DNA of 64,000 nt from Hyphochytrium catenoides (GCA_900088475.1 FLMG01001546.1:86104-150103); one strand, 5' to 3'; shown: positions 12,001 to 22,961, counted from the first letter of the stretch. Notes: generated from the letters alone by a model not told the origin. Program-made: numbers and translations.

Positions 12001-15000
12001 CTGGACATGACGGTGGGGAAGATCCAGTGCCCAGCGGGCAATAAGATCCACTGGGACATAGGTTAGAGAGCATCGAGATGTAAGTCGACCCCGTAGGACA
12101 GAAGTAACCCGCTTGGCACGTTTGGCAAGCATGCGAGACGCTTCTCCCTGCCGTTATATTACCAAAAGTGCCTGCAGGGCAGCGGGTAACTGTGCTGGCG
12201 GGAGAACAATAGGAACCTAATGGACAGGCACTGCCCTCTGGGGTGGGGGATACCGAGCCTGCCGGACAGTGATAGCCGTCCTCGCAAGCAGTGCAAGTTG
12301 CTGCGTTACCGCTGGAATAGGTACCAACCGAGCACTGCACTGGAGGCAATTCGGGATCACTGCAAGAAGAGCCCGCAGGGCAATCGGTGCAGGTGACAGA
12401 TCCCCCCAAGGAATACTTGCCTGTGGGACATCGGACAGGGGCAACATCCGTTCTGGCACAGGAATGTCCTGGGCACGTATCTTGGTCAAATTGCCCATAT
12501 CGAGGGAAAGACAAACATAGCGTTCTTACCTGCTGGACAGGAGGTGCATTTGTTGGCTCCTGCTAGAGAGTACTCCCCTACTGAACAAGGGACTGCTACG
12601 GCGGAATTGGTGACAGCACAGGCATAACCAGCAGGACACAGAGTACAGGATGACTGGTTACCCATTGAGAACGAACCCACTGGACAGAGTGTTCGGGAAT
12701 CACTGTCCGTCAATGGGCAGTAATAACCGGGCGGACAAGGATTGCATTGCTGTTGCCCACCAACACTGTATGTCCCCGGTGCACAAGCTAATTCAACGCT
12801 CTCATGTGTAAATGGGCAAGCATAACCAGGCGGACAAGATGTGCAACCTGCTGAGCCCACGATAGAATAACTTCCCGGGGAGCAGTTGATGATGCCCGTC
12901 CCGTCTGCATTGGGGCAGGCCTGGCCCGGTGCACAAGGCGTACATGCTGCCTGACGACCAAGAGAGAATGTCCCTTTCGGACAGCTTTGCGATGTGCTTT
13001 GTTCCTTAGACGGACATTGCTTGCCAGCCGGACAAGCCGTGCAAGAGGCTGCACCCCCTGTGGAATATGTCCCATTCTCGCATGCTACCATAATGCTTGC
13101 TGTTGTGGTCGGACACGCAAATCCAGCAGGGCAGCTTGTGCAGCTCGTCTGATTACCGATACTAAAAGTGCCGAGTAGACAGAGTTGGGGAGTCCCATTC
13201 AGTGTTGGACAGGCAAAGCCCGCCGGGCAATCTTGGCACCTAACTGCTCCCGTTGCGCTATAACTTCCAGAAGGACATACTATAGGAGGCTGAGAAGTTA
13301 ACGGACAGTAGGACCCTGCGGGACAGGTTGTGCAGGAAGTGGAGCCTGGGTTAGAGTATGTGCCTGAGCTACAGGTAACTGGTTCCTGGTCCGTCCTGGA
13401 ACAAGAGAATCCAGCGGGGCAAGTTGCGCAAGAACCACTGCCGAGTAAAGAGTAGGTTCCAGTAGGACAATTCGTCGGACTTACGCCAGGATTAGTGCAT
13501 CCCTTCCCTGCCGGGCACTTTTGGCAGGTGCTGCTGCCTGCGGTGCTGTAGAAGCCAGGTGAGCAGCCTACTGGGTTCTGAGAAGATGACGGACACTCAC
13601 TCCCAGCTGGACACTGCGTGCAGGAGACCGAGGCAGCCGTGCTGAATGTCCCAGACGGGCAAGGGGAGCAGGTAGAAGCTCCCAAAGCGCTAATAGTACC
13701 AGCGGGACAAGGGGTACATGCCCTAGCTCCTCCCCAGCTGAAGGTCCCTGCGGGGCACTGTTGGGGTGAGATTGCGGGATCAGCACAGCTTTGGCCAGCG
13801 GGACAAGAGGTACACGAGGTGGACCCGTTGTTTACGTTGTATGTTCCCTCAATACAGGGTGCGCATCGGGATGACCCACCTAAGGAGAAAGTACCTGGAG
13901 GGCACGGCAGCGGGTGCAGTGCGGGATCTGAACAGGAAGCTCCAGGAGGGCAAGACACGCAGTACGCAGAGTTTAGAAGAGAGTAAGTCCCTGTCGGACA
14001 AGCAGCAGGAGCCACTTGATTTGGGCCGCAAGAAAAGCCAGCTGGGCAAGGGATACAAGCACTGGCATTGGGCGCTGAAAACGAGCCTTGGCTGCACTCC
14101 ACTGGCGCCAAGTGGGGCTGAGAACAGGAGTACCCAGCAGGACACGGTAAGCATGACGTTTGATTAGACAGTGTATTGTAGGTTCCCGTTTGGCAAGTGG
14201 AGCACACAATGCTTCCTCCTGATGAAAAAGTTCCTGGCGGACAGGAATTTGGCAGAACCGAAGCACTAGGGCATGCATATCCAGGTGGACAAGCAAGACA
14301 AGAGGTTGATCCCAGCCCTGGGGCGTAGGTGCCCCCTGCGCATGGGACGCAGCTGGCTGAAGATATTCCCCCAGAAGAAGATGAACTTCCGGAGGGACAA
14401 GGAATGGGCATCGTGCAGTTGCCGTGACAGTAATGACCAGGGGGGCATGTCAGACAGAAGTCTGAGCCATTCACTACGACATTGTACCGTCCTGCTCCGC
14501 AAAATTGAGGGCAGGTGGAAACGACAGGTGCAATCATAAATTTGACTTTGGCACTCTGCGGAACGAAAGATGCGTTGCTACCGTTGTATGCCAGATCTAA
14601 GCTTGCAGCTTGATGCAGCAGGCTCGAGCCGTATGCTGTTGAGTGCGATCCATTACTACCTGATGCTCGGACCGTTACAATGACGGGAACATTCCAATTC
14701 GCGGGCTCGATCTGCAGGGGCAGGTCAGTTTCTATCTCTAAGTAGTTCATTTCATGGCCGCCCACTCCTTGTTCGATCACATCGATCGTCACTGGTGCTT
14801 TTGGTCTGGAAAGGAGTGACACTGCATACGTCGTAGTCTCACCCTCCACTAAGAAAGTATCCGCTTTCAATAGGCTGATTCCGGTCACATCATTCTCATA
14901 GATGAGTACAGGCAATGTGAAGTTGCTCATTGCCTCTGTGGAGCCATCTTCCCTTTTGACCGTTACCATGTGAACAATGGACTCCAGACGAACTGGGTTA

Positions 15001-18000
15001 AGCAGAGCATCGTCATCGTCGATAACTCTGACCACAATATTTTGAGGGATGGAGTAGTTCGAGGTACTGAAACTTAGTGAAGGAGGGGAGATAGTGATCG
15101 ATCCAGACGCAGGGACCATTGTAACGACCACGGGATCGGTCGGTACCTCAAAAAAGGCAATTGAGTAGCCAGCACTTTCTCCCTCATAAACCTTGACTCG
15201 ACTGACATTAGAAAGAATTTGCGAAGGGCGGGTATCGTCAGCGATTGTCAAACCAGGTATGCTTTCACTCTCATCGATCACGGTAGACACATTCTTGGTC
15301 CTCGCGCGAATTGGTCCTGTTATGCCGGCACGGGGCGGATTCATGACCCCCTCAACTTTTAGGGTCAAGCTTGTCTGAGCTGAGAGTGCCTGGTCGATCT
15401 GGATTACAAGCTTCATAAAGTTTGCTTGCCTTTCGATCATAATGGATGAGACAGATATGGTGTCAGGACTGACCATTATCAAAGGGTACTTTACTATGGC
15501 GAAGCCAGGGGGCATTTCCACCTCCAAATAGGCACCGCTTGGAATAGGGTTTCCAAGAGTAAGGTTCAGAATAAGCCTAGGTAAGCCGTTGGTTGTTGCA
15601 TCACCCTCAAGTTCCACTGTAACAGGTGCAAGACGCCCAGGAGTGGTGGTCAATCCGTATCTGGAAAGGCCGGAGTCAATAAGCCTTCTTTGGCTGTCTC
15701 GAGTTTGAACATTTATCGTCATTGGGCCTGTCACGTAAGCAGGATTCCTGATACCAGTGACAGACATGGCCACCCTGGAGCCCGATGGTATGGGCATTGC
15801 TTCTATCTCGGTCAGTAGCAGCACCCGGTTTGTGTCACTCGTTTCGAGGGAGACATTGTAATGGCGTATCTCAGAGAAGATATCCACGATAATCTCTTCC
15901 GGGGGGGTTGAGAGAGTGAGAGCAGGAGGAAGTTCGATTGTGATGACGCCATTGGACGGGATGGAATTGACGGTTGTGAAAGAGACATTTAGAGCCGTGT
16001 GCGCTCCAGCCGCAGACCCTCCCCCAATGTATGCTACTTCAAGCTCCGTTAGCTCGCCAGGAAGTACGTCAATTACCGTCAAACCATCCGCAGCATCCAC
16101 CGAGAAGGGCTGGTCTGCTACGTAGAAGCCCGTTGTAACGCGAAAAGTTCCTAAGGGACCGGCCACTGGAGGGAGCCTCGTCGCGCTAATATTCAGCTGG
16201 AGGAATGTGCCGCTTGGAATATTCGAAAAGTAACGACAATGAATAATGTTGTCCATCTTGCTGCACTGGGACGGTATGATGTCTGGCTCCTCCCCGCTGA
16301 TCACTTGTGCACTTGTAAGGTTAATAGAAGGTGGGAAATTGACAGTTAAGCTTCCCTCTGACCGCAGAGTGTTAGTAGTCGTTACAGCTATTGTAAACCC
16401 GGAAGGTAAGCCCGCCCTTACGAATCCATAGTGCTGAACTCTTGCGAAAGCTAGGTTTCCGGGCAGAATATGGACATTAGGAGAGACTGCGCTGAACTGG
16501 ATTACCTTCCCGTTTCCCTCATACTGGGTACTAACAGCCAGAGCACTCAATGCAGTGCTATAACCTGGAAGCTGGATGCCTAAGAGGAGAAGGCTAATTT
16601 TGGTGCTAGGAGGCAATGGTGCCAGCAGTGAAATCTTCAATTTCCGACCATCAAGGCTGGAGTAGTGGTCGTGCAGAAGTCCTTCAGGTATCGAAGTTAG
16701 AGTGGTTTCCCGTGAAAAGGATAGGTCGCCCGGTGCCTCTATCTGGATAATGCCTTCCATTGGAACTGGGATGGATGTCGTCAAGGTAATGTTAAGACTT
16801 CCTAGCGACCCTGCACGCAAGGTGCCTAGCGGTCGCACGGTTATCTCAGAGAAAGGTTGGGGGAGTACTGCGGCGGTGTGAACTTCACCGCCATCGATGT
16901 GTAACAAATCCTCTGTCATTGTGTGAAGACGGAGAGAAAAGTTGCCTGCGTAACCGGGATTTCTGAGGCCCACAATTCTGAGTGACAGTGTGGAATTAGC
17001 TGCTATTGTTCCGGAAGTTGTATAATCAATCAGTATCAACTTGTTTGCAGCATTGTCACTAAGGCTGCGAATATGAAGACTTCCGAGACCTGAGCTCTGG
17101 TCCACGGCTGCACTATCCGCCTCATAAGCAGAAGGAACTATTAACTCCAGAACACCTGTTGCAGGTAGAGCATTGAAACTTTTGAAGGTTACTGAAAGAG
17201 CACTACCACTTGACGGCTCTGTAGATGAGGTAGTGACCTCCAAAAGGCTGAGGTTTCGTGGGATAAACATGGGGTAGTCAGCCTGGAAAAAGGAATCGAG
17301 AGCCGCACCAAGGGCCGTACTGGTGACCAGACCGACATAGCTTAAATTGCCAGACGTTGGAGGATTCCTGACCCCAATTATGCTTAAGACAATAGCTGTT
17401 CCTTTCGACACAGGAGCCATGCAGCGGAACAATATAGCACCATTTGTGATAGCAGGGGGTGATGGGATCACAGCATTTGGGGTGGAGTAGACAGCAGCAT
17501 CCGAGAAATTCATACCAGGGAGAAACACCCGAATTTGGCCATTGACAGGAATGGCAGTCTGAGGGGCAAAGGAGACATTAACCGTGCTCATCGCCCCGGC
17601 TTCTATCGATGAGAACGTGAAGAGTGTCTCTTTCAATGCCGGTGGATACAAAACGTACCCCTGCACGGCGGAAGGTCCAGCTAAGGTGATGCCATCAGCC
17701 GACAGAAGTGTCAGGCCAAACCCTCCCGTAGAACCGGCGAAAGATGGGTTCAAGACATCGCGAAATACAATCTCCAGTTCCGAACTTTTCAACAAACTTG
17801 ACCCTGAATGAGAGAGTGCGATAGAAAAGGTATTTGAGCTAGCCTCAGAGGTAAGCGACGCCAATATATTCTTATTGGCATCGGTAACTGTGACTACTGT
17901 CGCGCTCAAAGCTGTAAACGAGGAGGGGAAGGTGACGTTAATAAGGCCGTTCACCGGCAGATCTGCCTCCAATGTAATCACAGCCACGATGTTAGCAATG

Positions 18001-18255
18001 CTTCCCGTTATCTGGGAGGTTGGAAGCACAAACCCAACATCGTCCGAAGCTGCCATGTCAGTGTGAGCGCTCATAAGTAACGATACGGGAGCAATCACAC
18101 ATCCTAAACTTACCCAGCTTTCTGTGAGTACTTCTAAAGTCGTCTTCGAACTGTTGTGCAATAGATAGAGACTGCAGCACCAGGAGAGTGCAAAATGCTG
18201 CAAGGAGCTGATGCCATCGGAACCCCCTCCACAGTAGGGACTTTGGGGCCATCAT
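1..18255 (-). CDS. Giant type-I membrane protein: signal peptide, 7 Ig-like repeats, 2 Calx-beta-like domains, GCC2/GCC3 (ephrin-receptor-like) Cys repeats, single TM helix, long cytoplasmic coiled coil. Multi-exon; the 3' end lies beyond the window start.
   Basis: ATG at 18255 gives a signal peptide (..WHQLLAAFCTLLVLQSLSIA-QQ). Intron 18113-18050 (GTAAGT..CTGAC..GCAG) joins it to ORF 12486..18203, and intron 12529-12469 joins that to ORF 7622..12514. Further GT-AG introns link the CPxGxYCPxG exons down to about 5700. TM segment WGLVSGLLSGLFGVIFLVILSLYYIRR lies at about 4370-4450. The small minus-strand ORFs from 4212 to about 58 splice into an E/K/L/Q-rich helical tail, and the last visible exon ends at a GT donor near 57. 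Confidence 0.85.
5700..14520 (-). repeat. GCC2/GCC3 (ephrin-receptor-like) cysteine-rich repeat array
   Basis: Many dozens of CPxG(T/Y/F)(Y/F)(C/S) and CxxCPxGxxC motifs across about 8.8 kb. Units are divergent at the nucleotide level. Confidence 0.9.
6751..6806. other. Assembly gap (56 N)
   Basis: Run of N inside the Cys-repeat region. Confidence 0.99.
15240..18040 (-). repeat. Seven ~130-aa Ig-like beta-sandwich repeats within the giant protein
   Basis: A recurring pattern '(A)G..s.l.v.f......P..G.i.v..P..f ... (R/L)NP...G' is seen 7 times (LNPSFAG, RNPPTSG, RNPGYAG, QLPGYST, RLPPVAG, RNPAYVT, MNPPRAG). The Ig-like fold is inferred from the strand-like hydrophobic pattern. Confidence 0.7.
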
Positions 18256-18398
18256 AACTTTACAATTTCATAGCGAAGGCAGCTATATGCAGTTCGATGT
18301 AATGTTAAATTAATGCAGCCATAAGAGTTTGGGGCTGCCGGTGTTTTCAATAGCTTAGGTCTGGATCATCCATGGCGTGGAGAGGATGGACATGACCA

Positions 18399-19215
18399 TT
18401 AGCTATTGCTGGATCTTGAGTGCCAGAGCAAGATATATGAACTTCTTAATGCCTGCGCTCTTCCTTGGAGCAGATGGCGATGACATGAGCCCCTGTGTAG
18501 AGGCAAGCATTGCGTCTCTCGGCTGAAGACAGACTCGAGTCTGATGGTTTGTGGCGAAAGAAGAGGATGACCCTTCGTTTCCATCAACAAGTCTGTCCAT
18601 CTCGGTTCAAAATAAGTAGTCTCCTGAATCCAAGTACGCAAACTGATGAGACAGGCCCAGTTCGAAAGTACTGTGCAGTCAGAGATTCACCCCCCTCTTA
18701 TTAGGGTACTTATTAGGATGCAAGTTGAGAGGTACTTGTACGCACATGTACTTGCTACTTGAAGATCACCCATGCTGTAAGACTGTGATAAGAGATCGAC
18801 CAGGAAACCGATACACTAGTCTCTTATCTCTTACAATTCCCCGTACTTCTTGTACTTGTGGTTAGTTCTAGGAGGTCTACTTGGCATCGTCACAAGCAGC
18901 ATGGAGTTGGGGATTGGCAGATGCGTTGATGAAAGATCTTCATACAAGTATGAAGCATCAGAAGATCGTGCCGTTCGTGCGATAGCTGGCTGGTGTAGAA
19001 CCACCTATCGCCTCTTTTTCCTTTTGAATGGCTCGGTTGACGCTGTTTTTGATCTGTTCAGGAGCCTCATAGCACGTGCAGTGACACTGTCCTAGCCGAA
19101 TAGGTACAGTTGTGAAACTCGGAGATAGACACTCCCTACGCAACATACAGGAGTGGTAAGACTCACGCATCAGGTTTTGGTGAAAAGACCTGCTTCTGGA
19201 GCTGTGGACTTTCAT
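18399..19215 (-). CDS. Possible small spliced hypothetical gene
   Basis: Candidate introns (GTGAGT at 19166..CTAG at 19092; GTAAGA at 18834..CAG; GTACAT..CTGACTGCACAG) can be joined into one open frame: MKVHSSR..CHCTCYEAPEQ..KYKKYGEFMGDLQVAILSNWACLISLRTWIQE.. No family recognised. Confidence 0.3.
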
Positions 19216-19354
19216 CCTGACGCATCATGTCTTGTCTCAAAAATGAGGATGATATTATCGAGGGGTACTAGTAGAAGCAGAGTTTGTGATGCTTCGTCAC
19301 TTATGAGTTACGGTCGCAGCAGGAGCAGATAGGGGCTTGTCAGTGAGGAGGCTG

Positions 19355-21302
19355 ATGCAGCAGTGGAAAAGTAAGAACTGCAAAACCAGGGATCTTGCAA
19401 CCCTTCACCCATGGGTTCTTCGCCTCGTGCGAGAAGCGCAACGTCAGGCCGCCTTCCGGGGATTCTATGTCTCTATTCAGCAAGCCCGGTCTGGCTGTCA
19501 TTATTCCGAGAATTTTGGAAGCCCCAGCGATAGATTTAACGCTTGTTTGCCGTATGGAGGACTTTACTTAGTCTTCCAAATATCCTTTAACCTTGCCGAG
19601 GCCTATCAGCGACTTAACCCTCCTGGTAAGGTAACTTTAGAGCTCACCTCGATGGCTTCCAAAGGTTCTAAGCTAACGGGCTGCTCTCTAACTAGATGTT
19701 ATCCCTTTGGGAATAAAACAAAGGATTGATCTTGACTTTCCAGCTGGTGGGTACGACTGGGGCAATTTGAACGAATATGAGGTCTTTTCCCTGGAGGACA
19801 TGCATTTGATGCAACCGCGTTACTGGAGGCAGCACGGGGACAAGGCGCTATTCATGCTCTTAGAAGGCCTACGTGACAGGTTCACTATAGCTACCTTAGA
19901 GGTAAGAGGCCTCATTGACTCCAATTCTTGGAAAGTATTATAACCAGTGAAGCCAGAGACTAAAGCAGCGTTTGCGCAAAGAGCTCGATAATGTTAGTCT
20001 GGAATATTTGCAGACAGTGCCAGACTTGGAACTTTTCTTGGAAGGCAAGGGACCTGATGGCGAGGTGTGTCTGGATTTGACACCTAACCCTGATATTGGC
20101 TAACCTCAGGCGCACAGGTTAAAATTACCTTCTCCTTATGGAATATTGAGGACAATGTAATTGAGGAAGATCTGCTCAAACGTGGGACTCCTGCAATTCC
20201 TTACTTGTTGTCATCACCTCACCACACCTCCTTCTTATTAGGATTCGAGACGGACCCTCAGTTTAGTCGGGAAGTAGTCCTCCGCTTGACTAATTCTACG
20301 AAAGGGTTGGGGCCCGCTCTCCGCGGATCCATTACTGCCCCAGTATCCCTTCATGGAGAGAGAATCTATTTAGCCTTTAGCGTAGCTGAGTGCAGTGACC
20401 GTGATGCTAAGGGTACTCTGCAGGCGGTAATCCCTGACGCCTTACCGCTAACTAAAGCTGCCACTAAGTACGCATGGTGCATGTTCTTTCTTGTGACTCA
20501 GTAATCACCCTCTGATCTTTCGTCCTAGGTATCCTCCGAAGGCGAAGAATATATGTCTCAAGGAGTTTATCATGCTCGTAAGGCGGGTACGCGAAGCGTT
20601 GTGCCACAGTGAGACTCTTCTAGCCCCTTCCGAAAGATCCCAATTCCCTCTTTAACAGGCTGTTCTCAACAATTGGCTTCGTCGGCGACTCTTCTTCACA
20701 GCTCTCTGCAATGAGCTTGCAGGTAACGCCATACCCCTGAAAGAGTAGGGTCGATTTGCTTGCTGACATAGACGTACTACCTTGGTCCCAGTGCTAGAGT
20801 GCGACACCGTGGACTATGGCGAGGTAAGCACCGCTCCAAGCTAGGCATGACTCCAAAATACTGATCCACCGCTAGGCCTTCGCCCTCTTGACCTTCCATA
20901 ATCCTCAGGCTTTATCTCGCCGTAGCTGGATAGTACGAATCGCGGTCTCTGGCATTCTGACTCGCGAGGGGAGCATTACGGCTGAAGTTAAGGTATAGCA
21001 AGCGGGACCTCCCTGCAGCTGCCGCAGCCACGACCCGTAAGCCATTTTTTTCTTGCACAGGAGGTTGGTAGTGAAATGGAGAGCTTTAGCATGCTAGTGA
21101 AAAGTTTCGACCTGGATGTATGGGCCCCTGCTGACCACATGGCGGCGGCAGTCCACCACCAGGTGATGCAATGGCGATGAGGGTATCTAGAGCCTTTTGG
21201 CCTTACATCTTCTCCCCCCCTCCCTCTCCCCAGACTTTGGATGCCTTAAGAGCACACATTGAGGTCTACTTCCGAGGCCTAGACCTAGAGGTGTCGCGGT
21301 GA
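19355..21302 (+). CDS. BABAM2: BRISC/BRCA1-A complex member 2 (BRE/BRCC45)-like protein, about 9 exons
   Basis: The spliced product has 'ARSGC..SDRFNACLPYGGLYLVFQISFN..PPDVI', matching BRE 'LKSGC..[22 protein letters not shown]..PPDFI'. Later 'RRRLFFTALCNELAVLECDTVDY' matches BRE '[25 protein letters not shown]'. Canonical GT-AG introns keep the frame to TGA at 21300-21302. Confidence 0.7.
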
Positions 21303-21413
21303 TTGAAGGCTTCCATTCGCATCTTCTGCCCATAAGAGGAGAGAGTGTCAACATCTGGCTTCATACATCTGGCTTCATATGGGCGTTAGGCATTCTATTG
21401 ACTCTACCAGCAT

Positions 21414-22961
21414 CTAGGTAAAGAATACAGCCCATTTCAGGGCGGTTGGAGCAGAGGTCGAGGCACAGAGTCTGAGCACATGGTCGCCACCTTTCTTCGT
21501 GCCGTCAGACACCGTATACCATTCCTTCCAGTTCTGCCAGTACCTAGCGCCAGGATGCTTTGCATCCAAGGTCCAGGAGGCCTTGACAGGCATTGCATTG
21601 AGTGAGACATCAATTTCTGCTGTTGCTGTCAAGACGTAGACCCGGAGGTCAAAGTCAAGCTCAAAGACCAGAGAGTTGTTCAAAGAGCATGAAGGAAGCG
21701 CAAGTGAAAGTTGTCGGTCATTCCGGAGTGGACTCGCCTTGCCCTGCTGCACTATCAGTGCGTCGTCGAAAGAAGCCTTTTGTTGCCTGGGACAGGACTG
21801 CCCCATGGGTTGAATGCATACCTTTGTTTTCAGCCGTGGCTCTCCGTGGAGGGGAGGCGCTACAAGGAAGGATGCCGCTGTTAGGGTGTTTGCATCCAGC
21901 AAAGGTTGCTGCTGGTTCCAAGGAAAGATGATCGAGGATGGAGATGCCCAGTCAAAGGAATAAATGTTAGACTCTGCCGCCTCAGAGCCCGTTAGCGCTT
22001 TTGCCATCAGTTTCAGGAGTTTGTAACAAATGAGATCAGCAATGATAAGATGGCTCTGCTCATTGGGGTGATGCATATCAGCAAGTACCATATTCTTGTC
22101 GGCCGCCAAAGTTTCGTTCGCAGCGATGTATTGTCCAAGTGAAACCGAGACATATGAGATGTGCTCACGGTATACCAGATTTGCTTTTTCTTGTATTACT
22201 TCCACTGAACTTGGTGTTGGCCAGCGGTCATAGTATGGAGGATAATCGTAGAGGTTTACGAAGAGTAGGGCTGGTTGACTGGGTAGCTGCTGGGTCTTCC
22301 GGATCCACAGTTCACGGTTGGCCATTAGTTCGGATGCCCGGTCGACCTCAATGCTTCCAAGTGCATCTGGCGCCCGCTCCATATCGTCGTTGAGAGTGAA
22401 CTCAGAGGCGAGGATGTCGGGGTCAATCCCAACGAGGGAGTCCAATAGGAGAGCCGACCACAAGGTGTTGGTAGTGCCGTGAGCGCTGTTCTTCAAGATG
22501 ACCCTTGAGTGCACATGGTTTTCGAGAATTGAATTAAGGAAGTGCACAACGCGGTGTGGGTAGGCAGCTATAACACCCCTCTTGAGTCCTCCGCCAGCAG
22601 TCGAGGAGCCACCGGTGACAGCAAATGTGATATTTTCTTGACGCAGAAGCAGCTTCCTGAAGGCTGCTGTAAACCTTCTATGGTCAGGGCTTGTGCCACC
22701 CATCTCAAGCAACTCCAACCCATGATGATGGCGCAATGTCTGTAGTGCACCTTCAATATCCAACAGGAGCTTACGATTAAGAGACGCAAGGCTTGAGCTC
22801 TGCAGTTGTGGGGTATCTTTAACTCCATCCGCTGCCCTTAAGAGGCCATTAGGAACCAACCGGAATGTCTGTCCTTGCTGATAGGTGACAAAGAGAACAC
22901 ACACCAGCAACCCTGCCAAGGCAAGGGCTATTCGAAAGTGATCAGGTGTACATCGAGCCAT
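21414..22961 (-). CDS. SGNH/GDSL hydrolase-fold protein with N-terminal signal anchor (intronless)
   Basis: 515-aa ORF with hydrophobic residues 11-27. SGNH blocks: AVTGGSSTAG (Ser), NSAHGTT (Gly), SEFTLND (Asn), DMHHPN (Asp/His). Confidence 0.8.
   Translation of the reverse strand: MARCTPDHFRIALALAGLLVCVLFVTYQQGQTFRLVPNGLLRAADGVKDTPQLQSSSLASLNRKLLLDIEGALQTLRHHHGLELLEMGGTSPDHRRFTAAFRKLLLRQENITFAVTGGSSTAGGGLKRGVIAAYPHRVVHFLNSILENHVHSRVILKNSAHGTTNTLWSALLLDSLVGIDPDILASEFTLNDDMERAPDALGSIEVDRASELMANRELWIRKTQQLPSQPALLFVNLYDYPPYYDRWPTPSSVEVIQEKANLVYREHISYVSVSLGQYIAANETLAADKNMVLADMHHPNEQSHLIIADLICYKLLKLMAKALTGSEAAESNIYSFDWASPSSIIFPWNQQQPLLDANTLTAASFLVAPPLHGEPRLKTKVCIQPMGQSCPRQQKASFDDALIVQQGKASPLRNDRQLSLALPSCSLNNSLVFELDFDLRVYVLTATAEIDVSLNAMPVKASWTLDAKHPGARYWQNWKEWYTVSDGTKKGGDHVLRLCASTSAPTALKWAVFFT

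Noticed and set aside
7646-14539. Many plus-strand and alternate-frame ORFs, some repetitive (e.g. 13618..13986, VPAGQ/H repeats)
   Set aside because: These are antisense or frame shadows of the Cys-repeat codons and have no independent motifs.
19580-19588. ATATCCTTT, a perfect U12-type (AT-AC) donor consensus
   Set aside because: It lies inside coding sequence that aligns to BRE (FQISFN), with no matching U12 branch site or acceptor.
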